Shown one piece after another: positions 49,743 to 60,615 of a DNA stretch of 64,000 nucleotides; the stretch's first letter is position 1, and every line of letters starts with the position of its first letter. The stretch covers positions 6,355-70,354 of the forward strand of contig CAVRND010000008.1 of assembly GCA_963722495.1 (NCBI GenBank), in the 5' to 3' direction. Both the position numbers and the translations under genes were made by a program. The notes below the pieces were generated by a model. The model ran no database searches. It had not been told where the DNA came from and saw only the letters and a list, made by a program, of their open reading frames with translations. The DNA comes from an uncultured Alphaproteobacteria bacterium. Its GTDB lineage: Bacteria > Pseudomonadota > Alphaproteobacteria > Rhizobiales > Hyphomicrobiaceae.

Positions 49743-50846
49743 ATGTCACGCCCGCGCTTCACCTCGCTCGTCGAAGGCTTGCCGACCTTCATTCCCTTCA
49801 TCGGGCCGGAGGAGCAGGAACGCGCGCGCGGCCGCCCATATCGCGCTCGCCTCGGTGCCAACGAGAGCCTGTTCGGCCCGTCTCCCAAGGCGCTGTCCGC
49901 CATGCGCGCCGCCGCCGACGGCAACTGGATGTACGCCGACCCCGAGAGCTACGATCTGCGCGCGGCGCTGGCCGATTTTCACGGCGTAGATCTCGACAAC
50001 GTCGTCATCGGCGAGGGCATCGACGGGCTGCTTGGGCTCGTGGTGAAACTCGTCGTCGAGCCGGGCTCCGTCGTCGTCACCTCCGACGGCACCTATCCGA
50101 CCTTTAACTTCCATGTTGCGGGCGGCGGCGGACGCCTGGTGCGCATTCCCTATCGTGACGACAAGCAGGATCTCGACACGCTGCTCGAAGCTGCGCGCCG
50201 CGAGGACGCACGCATCCTCTACGTCTGCAATCCCGACAACCCGATGGGCTCGTTCTGGGGTGCCGACGCGTTGCGCGCCCTCATCGCCGGACTGCCGGAC
50301 GGCGTGCTGCTTTGCCTTGATGAAGCCTATTGCGACACAGCGCCCGCGGCCGAGCTGCTGCCCGTCGATGTCAGCAACGCGCAGGTGCTGAGGTTTCGCA
50401 CATTCTCGAAGGCCTACGGTCTTGCCGGCGCACGCATCGGCTACTGCCTCGGCGAGGCGAGCGTCGTCCGCGCCTTCGAGAAGATCCGCAATCACTACGG
50501 CATCAACCGCGTCGGCCAGATCGGCGCGCTCGCCGCGCTGGAGGATCAGGAGTATCTCGCCGAAGCGGTGGCGCGCATTGTGCGGGCGCGCGACATCATC
50601 GCCGCCGTCGCGCGCTCGAACGGCATCGAGCCGCTGCCGTCGGCCGCGAACTTCGTCACCATCGATTGCGGCCGCGACGGAGACTTCGCCAAGCGCGTGC
50701 TCAAGGGTCTGCTGGAGCACGATGTGTTCGCACGCATGCCGGCCGTCGCGCCGCTCGATCGCTGCATCCGTGTCAGCTGCGGGCGCGACGAGGATCTGGC
50801 TGTGTTCGCCGATGCTTTGCCGCTCGCCCTCGCCTCGACCCGCTGA
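49743..50846 (+). CDS. PLP-dependent aminotransferase (HisC-like)
   Basis: LGANES, NPDNPMG, LDEAY, RTFSKAYGLAGARIGY. Confidence 0.92.
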   Translation: MSRPRFTSLVEGLPTFIPFIGPEEQERARGRPYRARLGANESLFGPSPKALSAMRAAADGNWMYADPESYDLRAALADFHGVDLDNVVIGEGIDGLLGLVVKLVVEPGSVVVTSDGTYPTFNFHVAGGGGRLVRIPYRDDKQDLDTLLEAARREDARILYVCNPDNPMGSFWGADALRALIAGLPDGVLLCLDEAYCDTAPAAELLPVDVSNAQVLRFRTFSKAYGLAGARIGYCLGEASVVRAFEKIRNHYGINRVGQIGALAALEDQEYLAEAVARIVRARDIIAAVARSNGIEPLPSAANFVTIDCGRDGDFAKRVLKGLLEHDVFARMPAVAPLDRCIRVSCGRDEDLAVFADALPLALASTR

Positions 50847-50959
50847 GGCGCGCTCTTCACTTGGTGCTGAGGCAACACGAAGTTGGCCGGGTTGGCAGTC
50901 CGTTAAGCGGGCACGGCCAAGATGGCGCCCGCGATTTCACGCATTCCGAGGCAAGACCC

Positions 50960-51226
50960 ATGTCCGACGCGCTGCTCGATTACTCGTCCTGGTCCTTCCA
51001 GCTGATCACCGTGCTCGCCATTCTCTACCTGGTGTTCGGGCTGGCACGGCCATCGTGGGTGCTGGCATCGAAGCGCAGCACGGTCGTTATCGTGGCGGCG
51101 GTCGTCATGCTGATCGCGGCGACCTTGTTCTACCTCGTGATCCGGCCGCTGCCCGGTGCCCTCGTGGCTCCCGATACCATCGGTACCGAGCCGCCGGTGC
51201 CACAGTCGACCCCGGCGCAGCCCTAA
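50960..51226 (+). CDS. Small two-TM protein
   Basis: LYLVFGLARPSWV; Pro-rich tail. Confidence 0.75.
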   Translation: MSDALLDYSSWSFQLITVLAILYLVFGLARPSWVLASKRSTVVIVAAVVMLIAATLFYLVIRPLPGALVAPDTIGTEPPVPQSTPAQP

Positions 51227-51337
51227 CCGCGGCGCGCATAAGCAAAACCTATTGACCGCCTCGCCCGTGGCCCCGCAAAAGGGGGGCTGCGGCAGCAGCC
51301 GCGCCTGGGTAAAGTCGCGCTGAAGGAGGCGTCGCGG

Positions 51338-51643
51338 GTGTACGACAGCCTCATCGAAAGCTCGGAACTCGCCGCGGCCATTATCGGGGGCCTGGCGCTG
51401 CTCTATTTGGTCGCCGGCCTCGCCAGCCCGTCGCTGGCATTCGCCTCGGGCCGCGGCGCCGTGGCGCTCCGCGCAATCGTGGCGATGATCTCCGCCGCCG
51501 CCCTATTCATCGGCGTCATCGCCTATACGCACATGCAGCCCGATGGGCCGCACTCGATGGACAGCTATCTCAAGGACTACAATCCGCAGCCGGCGCAGGC
51601 TTCCGAACAACCGGAAGCGGCGCCCGCGCCGGGCCAGCCATAA
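51338..51643 (+). CDS. Small two-TM protein (similar to 50960)
   Basis: RBS AAGGAGG; LYLVAGLASPSLA; Pro-rich tail. Confidence 0.75.
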   Translation: MYDSLIESSELAAAIIGGLALLYLVAGLASPSLAFASGRGAVALRAIVAMISAAALFIGVIAYTHMQPDGPHSMDSYLKDYNPQPAQASEQPEAAPAPGQP

Positions 51644-51683
51644 CAGACCGGCTAACCACCGGCATCATAGGGAGAGACCAGGA

Positions 51684-51866
51684 ATGCGTGGAATTTTCGG
51701 AGTGCTTGTCGGCATCGTTCTGTTTGCCATCGGTCTTGCCGGCCTCGGCTTTGCGCTGGACCAGATGATGACGCACGCCGATCCGAATGCGGCGCTCAAG
51801 TCGGCGGCGGGCCTCGTCACGTTCGTGGTTGTCTGCTTGGCGTCCGTCGTCGCCATCAGCTACTGA
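51684..51866 (+). CDS. Small two-TM protein
   Basis: RBS GGAGAG; 60 aa, hydrophobic. Confidence 0.65.
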   Translation: MRGIFGVLVGIVLFAIGLAGLGFALDQMMTHADPNAALKSAAGLVTFVVVCLASVVAISY

Positions 51867-51880
51867 GCCCGCAGGTCGCA

Positions 51881-52657
51881 TCAAGGCCAGCGGTGCAGGG
51901 CGCCGGCGGGAAACGTCCATTCAGGCGTCACCAGCTGGCCCTCGAATGCGGCCGGATACCACGGTGAGCCGTCGGCGGCAGCCGGGTTCTTGAGGACGTG
52001 CATCTGCTGTGCGGGCATATAGCTCTGCACCAGCAGGAAGCGCCTCTCGCCGGTTTGCGCGTTCTCGGCCACATCGGCGACCAGCACGGCGTGCCCCGGG
52101 AAACCGCCCTTGATGAACACGTCGCCGATTTGCAGCGAAGCGGGCGACACCGTTTTCAGCTCGCGTTCGAGCGAGTAGGTGCCCGCGTAGGCGAACACGT
52201 AGTCCATGTATTTGCGGAACGAGGCGTAGCCGTCGTCACGGCGCGAGGCGAAGCTTAGCCGCTTGCCTTCCGTATCGTTAAAGCGGATGTCGCGCTTGCG
52301 GCCGGATGCGAACAGCCATTCGCCGCGCAGCCGCATGATGGCATCGGCGCACTGCTGCAGATCGCGTTTGCCGACATCGATGTCGATGACGGCGACATGC
52401 ACGTCCTGCCGCCACTTCTGGGCGCCGGTGTAGATCAGCACCGGCGCGTGGGCCGGCTTCATCGGCAGCCGGCGCAGCCAAGCCGCCCAGCTATCCGGAG
52501 CTGCCGCGGGGCGCGTGAAGCCGGGCGGAGGAGGGATGCGCTGCTCGAGCGTCTCTGCGCCGGGCGAGAATTGCCAAGCGTACACCGGCGTGGCCAAGGC
52601 GGAGCCCGGCGCGGCAAACAGCAAGAGCACAACGAGAAGGGGCAGCACGCGTGTCAT
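51881..52657 (-). CDS. DUF4846-like exported protein
   Basis: WLRRLP, DLQQCADAIMRLR, GGFPGHAVLV, QSYMPAQ. Confidence 0.8.
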   Translation of the reverse strand: MTRVLPLLVVLLLFAAPGSALATPVYAWQFSPGAETLEQRIPPPPGFTRPAAAPDSWAAWLRRLPMKPAHAPVLIYTGAQKWRQDVHVAVIDIDVGKRDLQQCADAIMRLRGEWLFASGRKRDIRFNDTEGKRLSFASRRDDGYASFRKYMDYVFAYAGTYSLERELKTVSPASLQIGDVFIKGGFPGHAVLVADVAENAQTGERRFLLVQSYMPAQQMHVLKNPAAADGSPWYPAAFEGQLVTPEWTFPAGALHRWP

Positions 52658-52661
52658 GCCG

Positions 52662-52829
52662 CTAGTGTCCTGATCGCGAAATTCGTCTCAGTGTGCGGCA
52701 GGGGTAGAACGAATTTCGCGATCTGAAGGACACTAGCCAAGTTAATGCTCTCTAGTGTGATTCAGATCGAGAAGTCCGCCTCACTACCCAGCCGCCCTGA
52801 TGTAGCGGACTTCACGATCATCACACTAG
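52662..52829. repeat. Intergenic mosaic element of two CTAG-bounded palindromes (RIME/REP/MITE-like)
   Basis: 52662-52736 CTAGTGTCC..GATCGCGAAATTCGT / ACGAATTTCGCGATC..GGACACTAG; 52752-52829 CTAGTGTGA..GAAGTCCGC / GCGGACTTC..TCACACTAG. Confidence 0.8.
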
Positions 52830-52864
52830 CATGCAAACGCGTGTGTCGCGGCGATGGCGCGTGC

Positions 52865-53743
52865 TTACCGGGTGTACGAGAAGGCCTGGGTTTGCCAGGG
52901 CGTGGTGAACATCTGCTGCGCCCACTTCGGCGACCGCGCCGCGGGCTCGCCGAGCGGCTTCTTGGCCTTCGCGCGCAGGGTCAGCGGCGTGCGGTAGGCG
53001 CGCGTGATCCGCTTCTTGGCAGAGCGCGATTTGGCTATCGGCTCGCGATCAGGGTCGCTGGCCGCGACGTCGCCCGTTGCCGGCGTCGCCACATCGATCG
53101 CCGGCAGCGTTGGCGGCACGTCGCTCTCGACGGTCGCCGCGACGGCGAGCCGGACGGGGGCGGGCGCTGAGTCGGCGACCTGCTCGATCTTCATCGGCAG
53201 GCTGCCGGTGGTGGTCGCGGGAAGGTCGTCGCCCTGTAACGCCGCCGTCTCGCGCGCCGGCACCAGTGCCGAGGTGGTGATCGGCGATACGCCGGCGGCG
53301 CTTTGCTCCGGCTCGACCAGCGACGCAGTAGAGAGTTCGGGCAACTCTGCGTCCTGCGCGCCGAACTCGCGCTCCGTCATCATGCGGGCGTTTTGCACGT
53401 AGCCGAGACGCGACAGCGCCGACTGCTCGGCGACGGCGAAGACGCTCGAGCACGGGCAGTTCGCCGGACCGGCGAGCACGGCAAGGCCGAGACCGCCGAC
53501 GAACAGCACGGAAAGAGATCCGGTCCAGCGAATCCGCGTGCGGCCGCGGGCGGCCATGGCGCCGCGCGCGAGCGTGCGATGCGTTTTCTTTTTGTGCGTC
53601 GGGCGCTGGGACGACAGTACGCGGAAGCCGCCGACGCTCGGCGCATCACTCGTGAAGCTGCTCAGCGAGGCGAATTGATCCATCACCCGCAGAAAGCTTT
53701 CTGCCGGGTTGTGGCTGTCGATGTCGGACGTCACGGCGCGCAT
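52865..53743 (-). CDS. Hypothetical membrane-anchored protein, low complexity; start uncertain
   Basis: One TM, CPC motif, Ala/Pro linker, basic stretch, C-terminal PKWAQQMFTTPWQTQAFSY. Confidence 0.6.
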   Translation of the reverse strand: MRAVTSDIDSHNPAESFLRVMDQFASLSSFTSDAPSVGGFRVLSSQRPTHKKKTHRTLARGAMAARGRTRIRWTGSLSVLFVGGLGLAVLAGPANCPCSSVFAVAEQSALSRLGYVQNARMMTEREFGAQDAELPELSTASLVEPEQSAAGVSPITTSALVPARETAALQGDDLPATTTGSLPMKIEQVADSAPAPVRLAVAATVESDVPPTLPAIDVATPATGDVAASDPDREPIAKSRSAKKRITRAYRTPLTLRAKAKKPLGEPAARSPKWAQQMFTTPWQTQAFSYTR

Positions 53744-54454
53744 GGCGCAGCTCCCTTGTGTCCGGCAATTCGGACATGTCGCACCGACAAACCAACATGC
53801 CGGTGTTCACGTCGCGATGACCGTTCCTTGCCCTCGCCGAGTGGGTATCAGGACTGAGGCGGCAAGCGCAGGGCGTTGAAAATCGAGCCAAATCGGCTCT
53901 GCTCACTCTCGAACCTGCCATGCATATGGTGAATTTTCTACAAATATTCCCAGGGGATGAAGGCGTGTGCTGCCACGGCTGTATAGCCCCCTGAACGGGA
54001 GGAACCCGGAACGGCTTGGCCGTCCGGGCTCCCTTGGGCTCATCTGATTTCGAGCGGTGCGCCTATGGCTGCAATCCCAGCTCCATTGGAAGGCCCTGCC
54101 CATCTAGTGGGCTATTGCGGGTGTTGCAGTGGATCGGAGCCGATACACTTCGAGAAGCGGCCGGAGCCGGCCCGCTGAACATTCCGCGATCGTCATTCGG
54201 ATTTTCGGATCGGCCGCTCGCCGTAACGTCCTCAGGACGTCGCGCACAGCGGCACGCGCTGATCGGGTGGCCACATTTTCTTAGACCTCCTTTTGCCGTT
54301 GAAGGTCATACAACCCTGCTCCCGTATGGCTAACGTGTCAACCGCCGCAGCCTATGCGCTGAACGCGTTCGAGTGTCCATGCGAGGCATGGTTAAGGGTT
54401 CATTGAAATCGTCGTTGTAGTTTGCGCAAACGATTGCCTCTCCCTGGTGCCGTG

Positions 54455-54764
54455 ATGCGGTCCGTTCTCAGCTTCTTCTCGATGCTCGCCCTTGGCTTGA
54501 TGATCGCCGCCGTTTTCATGGTGGCGCCTTCCGGCAATGGGAGCCGTGACGAGCATCGGTGGCTTCGAGATCGGTGGTAATCCGGCGCTCGACTATCGCT
54601 CGGTCGTCGCCGGCCTCGGCATCGGCCTCTTCATCGCGGTGCTGGGAACGATCTCGTGGCGCGAGGCGGCACGCCGCTCCGGCGGCTGGCTCGCCAGCCA
54701 AGCGCGCCGTCTCTGGCTCGTCGGCTGGGCGGCGGTGTTCGTCGCCGTGCTGTTCTACTTCTGA
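54455..54764 (+). CDS. Small membrane protein, probable frameshift ~54535
   Basis: MRSVLSFFSMLALGLMIAAVFMVAP joins the 54537..54764 hydrophobic frame. Confidence 0.55.
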
Positions 54765-54780
54765 GCGTGCCCCATCAAAG

Positions 54781-54809
54781 CAAAAGGCCCGGGATCGCTC
54801 CCGGGCCTT
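54781..54809 (-). terminator. Rho-independent terminator after glnA
   Basis: AAGGCCCGGGA-TCGC-TCCCGGGCCTT with T-run on the minus strand. Confidence 0.8.
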
Positions 54810-54842
54810 GATGGATCGTCAGTCATGATCGTCACGTGCCGA

Positions 54843-56252
54843 TCAGACCGAGTAGTACATTTCGTACTCGATCGGATGCGGGGCCATCTCGTAGCGCATG
54901 TTCTCCGCCATCTTCAGCTCGATGTAGGCGTCGATCATGTCGTCGGACATCACGCCGCCCATCTTGAGGAAGCCGCGGTCCTTGTCGAGCGAGTCCAGCG
55001 CCTCGCGCAGGCTGCCCGCCACGGTCGGGATGCTGGCGAGCTCGGCGGGCGGCAAGTCGTACAGGTTCTTGTCCATCGGCTCGCCGGGATTGAGCTTGTT
55101 GGCGATGCCGTCGAGGCCGGCCATCAGCATGGCCGTGAACCCGAGATAGGGATTGGCGGCCGGATCCGGGAAGCGAACCTCGAAGCGCTTGGCCTTCGGG
55201 CTCGACACGTGCGGAATGCGGCACGAGGCGGAGCGGTTGCGTGCCGAGTAGGCGAGCAGCACGGGAGCCTCGTAGCCCGGCACCAGACGCTTGTAGGAGT
55301 TGGTGGTCGGGTTGGTGAAGGCGTTGATCGCCTTGGCATGCTTCAACACGCCGGCGATGTAGCTCAGCGCCGTCTCCGAAAGATCGGCGTACTTGTTTCC
55401 GGCGAAGGTCGGATTGCCGTCCTTCCAGATCGACTGGTGCACGTGCATGCCCGAACCGTTGTCGCCGAAGATCGGCTTCGGCATGAAGCACGCCGTCTTG
55501 CCGTACGCCTGCGCGACCATGTGCGTGACGTACTTATAGATCTGCATGTGGTCGGCCATGGTGACCATGGGGCCGAACTTGATGCCGAGCTCGTGCTGGG
55601 CGGCGGCAACCTCGTGGTGGTGCTTCTCGACGACGACGCCCATCTCGGCCATCACCGACAGCATCTCGGAGCGGATGTCCTGACAGCTGTCGATCGGCGG
55701 CACGGGGAAGTAGCCGCCCTTGGTGCGCGGACGGTGGCCGAGGTTGCCCATCTCGTATTCGGTGCCGGTGTTGGTGGGCAGCTCGGTGGAGTCGACGCGG
55801 AAGCCGGTGTTGTAAGGATCGGCGGAGAAGCGCACGTCGTCGAAAATGAAAAACTCGGCCTCAGGGCCGACGAACAGCGTGTCACCCACGCCCGTCGACT
55901 TCATGTAGGCCTCGGCCTTCTTGGCGATGCCGCGCGGATCGCGCTCGTAGAACTGACCGGTGGTCGGCTCCAGGACGTCGCAGAACAGCGCGACGGTCGA
56001 CTGCGCGAAGAATGGATCGAGATGTGCGGACGTGGCATCCGGCATCAGCAGCATGTCCGAGGACTCGATGCCCTTCCAGCCGGCGATCGAGGAGCCGTCG
56101 AAGGCATAGCCTTCCTGGAACGTGTCTTCGTTGACCGTGCTGGCATGCGCGGTCACATGCTGCATCTTGCCCTTCGTGTCGGTGAAACGGAAATCGACGT
56201 ACTTGACGTCCTTGTCCTTCACCATCTTCAGGACATCGCTGGCGCTCTTCAT
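54843..56252 (-). CDS. glnA: Glutamine synthetase type I
   Basis: [50 protein letters not shown], adenylylation site KNLYDLP. Confidence 0.98.
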   Translation of the reverse strand: MKSASDVLKMVKDKDVKYVDFRFTDTKGKMQHVTAHASTVNEDTFQEGYAFDGSSIAGWKGIESSDMLLMPDATSAHLDPFFAQSTVALFCDVLEPTTGQFYERDPRGIAKKAEAYMKSTGVGDTLFVGPEAEFFIFDDVRFSADPYNTGFRVDSTELPTNTGTEYEMGNLGHRPRTKGGYFPVPPIDSCQDIRSEMLSVMAEMGVVVEKHHHEVAAAQHELGIKFGPMVTMADHMQIYKYVTHMVAQAYGKTACFMPKPIFGDNGSGMHVHQSIWKDGNPTFAGNKYADLSETALSYIAGVLKHAKAINAFTNPTTNSYKRLVPGYEAPVLLAYSARNRSASCRIPHVSSPKAKRFEVRFPDPAANPYLGFTAMLMAGLDGIANKLNPGEPMDKNLYDLPPAELASIPTVAGSLREALDSLDKDRGFLKMGGVMSDDMIDAYIELKMAENMRYEMAPHPIEYEMYYSV

Positions 56253-56303
56253 GAGAACTCCCCATTGACTGATTCAGCCTTGGCGGCGTTTTTTCTCAGA
56301 GAA

Positions 56304-56325
56304 AAGGGGCTGTGAACAGCCCCTT
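56304..56325 (-). terminator. Stem-loop between glnB and glnA
   Basis: AAGGGGCTGT-GA-ACAGCCCCTT, followed by T-run on the minus strand. Confidence 0.55.
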
Positions 56326-56365
56326 CCGATGCTGGGCCGCGAACGGCCCCTTCCGGTCGTTTGAT

Positions 56366-56824
<459 letters not shown>

Positions 56825-56870
56825 TTATGTGCAGGCTGACGTGCCATCCGGCCGGATTCAGCGTTTCCAG

Positions 56871-56887
56871 TGCCCAATAGTTGGGCA
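56871..56887. promoter_or_regulatory. NtrC-type enhancer palindrome
   Basis: TGCCC-AATAGTT-GGGCA, resembling TGCAC-N7-GTGCA, ~85 bp upstream of the sigma54 site. Confidence 0.65.
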
Positions 56888-56929
56888 ATGTGCATAGAAA
56901 CACACCAGGCGCAATCGGCGAACGTTTCA

Positions 56930-58465
56930 ATGGTCAATCGGATCGCACAATCCTTTGGCAATGAGGTTGGTACAGGTGGCCTCGAGCTGCTGTCGACCGA
57001 GCAAATGGGGCGTGCCGACCGACTGGCCGAATCCGCCGGGGTGCCGAGCCTGACGCTGATGGAAAGCGCCGGACGTGCTGTAGCACAGGTCGGGCTTTCA
57101 ATGTGCAGGCCGAGCGGTCGCATCGCCATTCTTTGCGGACCGGGCAACAACGGCGGCGACGGCTTCGTCGCGGCGCGCCTTTTGCGCGAGGCCGGCCTAG
57201 ACGTGCAACTGACGCTGCTCGGTGCGCCCGCGGCGCTGAAGGGCGATGCCGCCGCTATGGCGCAGCGCTGGGGGCAGCCGGTCGGCGTTTTGACCCCGTC
57301 GTCGGTCGACGGCGCGCAACTCGTCATCGATGCCCTGTTCGGCGCCGGGCTGGCACGGCCAATTACCGGGGTGGCGGCCGACGTCATCGCGGTGGTCAAC
57401 GCGTCCGAAGTTCCGGTGCTCGCGGTTGATGTGCCCAGTGGGCTCGACGGGACAACCGGCGAGGCGCGCGGCCCCGTCATCGTGGCCACGCGCACCATAA
57501 CGTTCTTTCGGCGCAAGCCGGGCCACCTGCTCATGCCCGGGCGCATCCTGTGCGGGGAGGTGATCGTGGCCGACATCGGAATTCCACCAAGCGTGCTGGC
57601 AGACATCGGCGCCAATACGTGGAGCAACGCGCCGGGACTGTGGCGCGAGCGCTTTCCCTGGCCGAAGCGTGACGGCCACAAGTATGGACGCGGGCATGCA
57701 GTCGCCGTCTCGGGGCCGGCTGCGCACACGGGAGCGGCACGCATGGGCGCCCGCGGCGCTCTGCGCATCGGGGCCGGGCTGGTGACCGTCGCTAGCCCCG
57801 AGGACGCCATCGCGGTCAACGCCGCACACCTTACCGCCATCATGCTGCTGCCGTTCGACGGACCCGATGGACTGGCAAGCATCCTCGCCGACAAACGCAA
57901 GAACGCGGTGCTGCTGGGACCGGCGTTGGGTGTCGGCGCGCCGACGCGGCACCTCGTGCATGCGGTGCTCGCCTCAGGCGCCGCGACTGTGCTCGATGCC
58001 GACGCCATCACGTCGTTCGCCGCCAATCCGGGCGACCTGTTCGGTGCCATTGCCGCAAACGCGCAGCGGGCGGTCGCGCTGACCCCGCACGAGGGCGAGT
58101 TCGCGCGCTTGTTCCCGGATCTCACCGAGGGATCGAAGCTGGAACGCACCCGCGCTGCCGCGCAGCGCTCTGGCGCAATCGTGGTCCTCAAGGGACCAGA
58201 CACGGTCATTGCCGCTCCGGACGGCCGCGCCGCCATAAACGACAACGCTCCGCCCTGGCTGGCGACGGCCGGCGCCGGCGACGTGCTCGGCGGCTTCATC
58301 ACCGGACTAATGGCGCAGGGCATGCCGACCTTCGAAGCCGCGTGCGCCGGCGTGTGGCTGCACGGTGCCGCCGCATCTGCCTTTGGTCCCGGCCTCATCG
58401 CCGAGGACCTGCCCGAGCAGCTTCCCCAGGTTCTGCGTGCCCTTGCGCCACTGGGCGGGGCGTAA
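56930..58465 (+). CDS. nnr: Bifunctional NAD(P)H-hydrate epimerase/dehydratase
   Basis: LMESAG, CGPGNNGGDG, IDALFGAG, AVDVPSG, HKYGRG, LTPHEGEF, LATAGAGDVLGG; start uncertain. Confidence 0.93.
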   Translation: MVNRIAQSFGNEVGTGGLELLSTEQMGRADRLAESAGVPSLTLMESAGRAVAQVGLSMCRPSGRIAILCGPGNNGGDGFVAARLLREAGLDVQLTLLGAPAALKGDAAAMAQRWGQPVGVLTPSSVDGAQLVIDALFGAGLARPITGVAADVIAVVNASEVPVLAVDVPSGLDGTTGEARGPVIVATRTITFFRRKPGHLLMPGRILCGEVIVADIGIPPSVLADIGANTWSNAPGLWRERFPWPKRDGHKYGRGHAVAVSGPAAHTGAARMGARGALRIGAGLVTVASPEDAIAVNAAHLTAIMLLPFDGPDGLASILADKRKNAVLLGPALGVGAPTRHLVHAVLASGAATVLDADAITSFAANPGDLFGAIAANAQRAVALTPHEGEFARLFPDLTEGSKLERTRAAAQRSGAIVVLKGPDTVIAAPDGRAAINDNAPPWLATAGAGDVLGGFITGLMAQGMPTFEAACAGVWLHGAAASAFGPGLIAEDLPEQLPQVLRALAPLGGA

Positions 58466-58573
58466 CGATTGGACGCCACAATCGGGGCCTAATGCCCTAT
58501 GCTGAACTTTGACGCTGGATTCGCCGCGCCGCTTACGGCTGGGACCATCTCAAATCCAATGCGCGAGACGTGA

Positions 58574-60277
58574 ATGCTTCGACTGGCCGCACTTGCCATC
58601 GCTCTGATTTCGCTGCCGGCCGCAGGCGCCTACGCCGCGGCTGCGGATGCGGCGCTGAAGGTTCAGGACGCCGCCGCCGCGTTGGTGCGCGGCGACGCCG
58701 GGCAGGCCGTCATTGGATATACCGATGCGCTGAAAGATCCGGCGCTGCCCAACGATCGCCGCGCCACCATTCTCAATGACCGCGCCGTCGCCTACGCGCG
58801 CCTTGGCCAGACCAAGCTCGCCATCGATGACTTCAATCGCGCCGCGCAGCTCTTCCCCGAATATGCGGCGATCTACAACAATCGCGGCAACTTGCTGCTC
58901 GCCCTTGGCTATCCCGAGGAGGCGATCAAGGACTTCAACCGCGCTATCGTGCTGGCGCCGGGCTACGCTGCCGCTTTGTCGAACCGTGCCGGTGCCTACG
59001 CCAAAGTCGGCCACAACGATCAGGCCATCCGCGATTACACGGCTGCCGTGCGCCTGATGCCGCAGTCGGCTGCCCCGCTCGCCGGGCGCGGTCGCGTGCA
59101 CGCCGCCGCAGGACGCCCGCACGCCGCCATCCGCGACTTCACCCGCGCCGTAACAGCCGATCCGCGCTTTGCCGCCGCCTATCGCAATCGCGCCGAAGCC
59201 AAGTTCGACATCGTACGTCTGCCGGATGCCATCGAGGATCTGTCGCGCGCGATCGCCTTCGATGCCAACAACGCCGAGCTCTATCTGCTGCGCGGCCAGG
59301 CCTACCTCGCTTCGGACAACGCCGCGGCGGCGATGAAGGACTTCACGCAGGCGACGACGCTCGATCCACGCTCCTCGCGCGCCTTTGCCGCGCGCGGTCT
59401 CGCCAGCGGAATCGCCCAGTCCTACGACGAGGCATTCACCGATCTCAATCACGCCATCGAGCTCGATCCGCGCTCGGCGCTCGCGTTCGCCTACCGCGCC
59501 GTCGTCTACAAGATGAGTGGCCAGACCGACGTCGGCGTCAAAGATGCCGAGACGGCCGAGAAGCTCGATCCCGACGGGCCGGAAGTGTTGTGGGCCAAGG
59601 GCGAGATCGAAGAGGCGCAGGGGCGCACCGAGCAGGCGATCGCCGACTACAAAAAGGCCGTCGCGCTGCAGCCGCGGTTGAAACTCGCTGCCGATGGCCT
59701 GGGGCGCCTCGCCGCCGACACCGCCAATCCCGAGGATCGCGAGATCGCGGGAGCGGGCATCGACACCTGGCGCGTCGTTCAGCAGGGCACCCGCTTTTAC
59801 GCCGTCAGCGACCAGTTTCGCCGTCTGCGCATCCCGCTGGAGATGGCGGGCGACGGTCAGCCGAAATTGCTCGAGTGGGAGGTCAAGCAGCCGCCGCTCA
59901 AAGGCATCGCCATTCTGCGTTTCACCGGCGGTGTGGTCCCCGGCGCCATGGGGCCCGAGGAGGTCGAGCAGGTCGCCATCCTCGACCTCGACAACAATTC
60001 GGTGGTCGGCATCGAGCCGCACCGCGAGGGCAAGAAGGTCGCCAACTGGACCTGGCAGGACGATCGCGTGGTTGTTGCCAGCGTCGATGGGGCGACCGAC
60101 GAATTTATCCTGCGCGCCGGGCGCCAGCGCGACGGCGATCCGCGGCGCTACACCAGCAGCGACTCCGGCGTCGGCGGTTGGATGCCTTGGGGTCAGCTCG
60201 ATTCTTCGGCTCAGTACGACCGGCGCCCCCGCAAGCGCTCCAAGCCCAAGTCCATCTTCCAGCTCTTCTTCAACTAA
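58574..60277 (+). CDS. Exported tetratricopeptide repeat protein
   Basis: Signal peptide; ~9-10 TPR units (AIxDFxRAIxLxP); beta-rich C-domain. Confidence 0.9.
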   Translation: MLRLAALAIALISLPAAGAYAAAADAALKVQDAAAALVRGDAGQAVIGYTDALKDPALPNDRRATILNDRAVAYARLGQTKLAIDDFNRAAQLFPEYAAIYNNRGNLLLALGYPEEAIKDFNRAIVLAPGYAAALSNRAGAYAKVGHNDQAIRDYTAAVRLMPQSAAPLAGRGRVHAAAGRPHAAIRDFTRAVTADPRFAAAYRNRAEAKFDIVRLPDAIEDLSRAIAFDANNAELYLLRGQAYLASDNAAAAMKDFTQATTLDPRSSRAFAARGLASGIAQSYDEAFTDLNHAIELDPRSALAFAYRAVVYKMSGQTDVGVKDAETAEKLDPDGPEVLWAKGEIEEAQGRTEQAIADYKKAVALQPRLKLAADGLGRLAADTANPEDREIAGAGIDTWRVVQQGTRFYAVSDQFRRLRIPLEMAGDGQPKLLEWEVKQPPLKGIAILRFTGGVVPGAMGPEEVEQVAILDLDNNSVVGIEPHREGKKVANWTWQDDRVVVASVDGATDEFILRAGRQRDGDPRRYTSSDSGVGGWMPWGQLDSSAQYDRRPRKRSKPKSIFQLFFN

Positions 60278-60615
60278 ACGGTTCTCGTCATCCACCCCGG
60301 TGTTGGGGGGAGTGTCAGGATCGATGTGGTTGCGCTAACTCACCTCTCCTATGGGGAAAGGTGAATTGCGGCGGGAGCTAAGGCCCAGGCGGGTGCTGCT
60401 GCTGGGCGACAGGAAGCCGGGAAAGTGCGCCTCGAACGACCTTGGCAATGTTCGGAGTTGCGGGAGACGCTAGCTTGATGGGAAGTTGACGGACGGCTTG
60501 CCACGGCGCTTTTACACGTTTAGCTAAACCAGTACGGCCGTTAAGCTTTCTGCATTTTTCACCATGTAATGTGACGGCTTGGACCCGCATTCGGTCAGGG
60601 GGAGAGTTAATAGCG

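Noticed and set aside
56830-56846. TGGCACG as a second sigma54 promoter for glnB
   Set aside because: GG to GC spacing is 11 nt rather than 10; the 56771-56787 site fits exactly.
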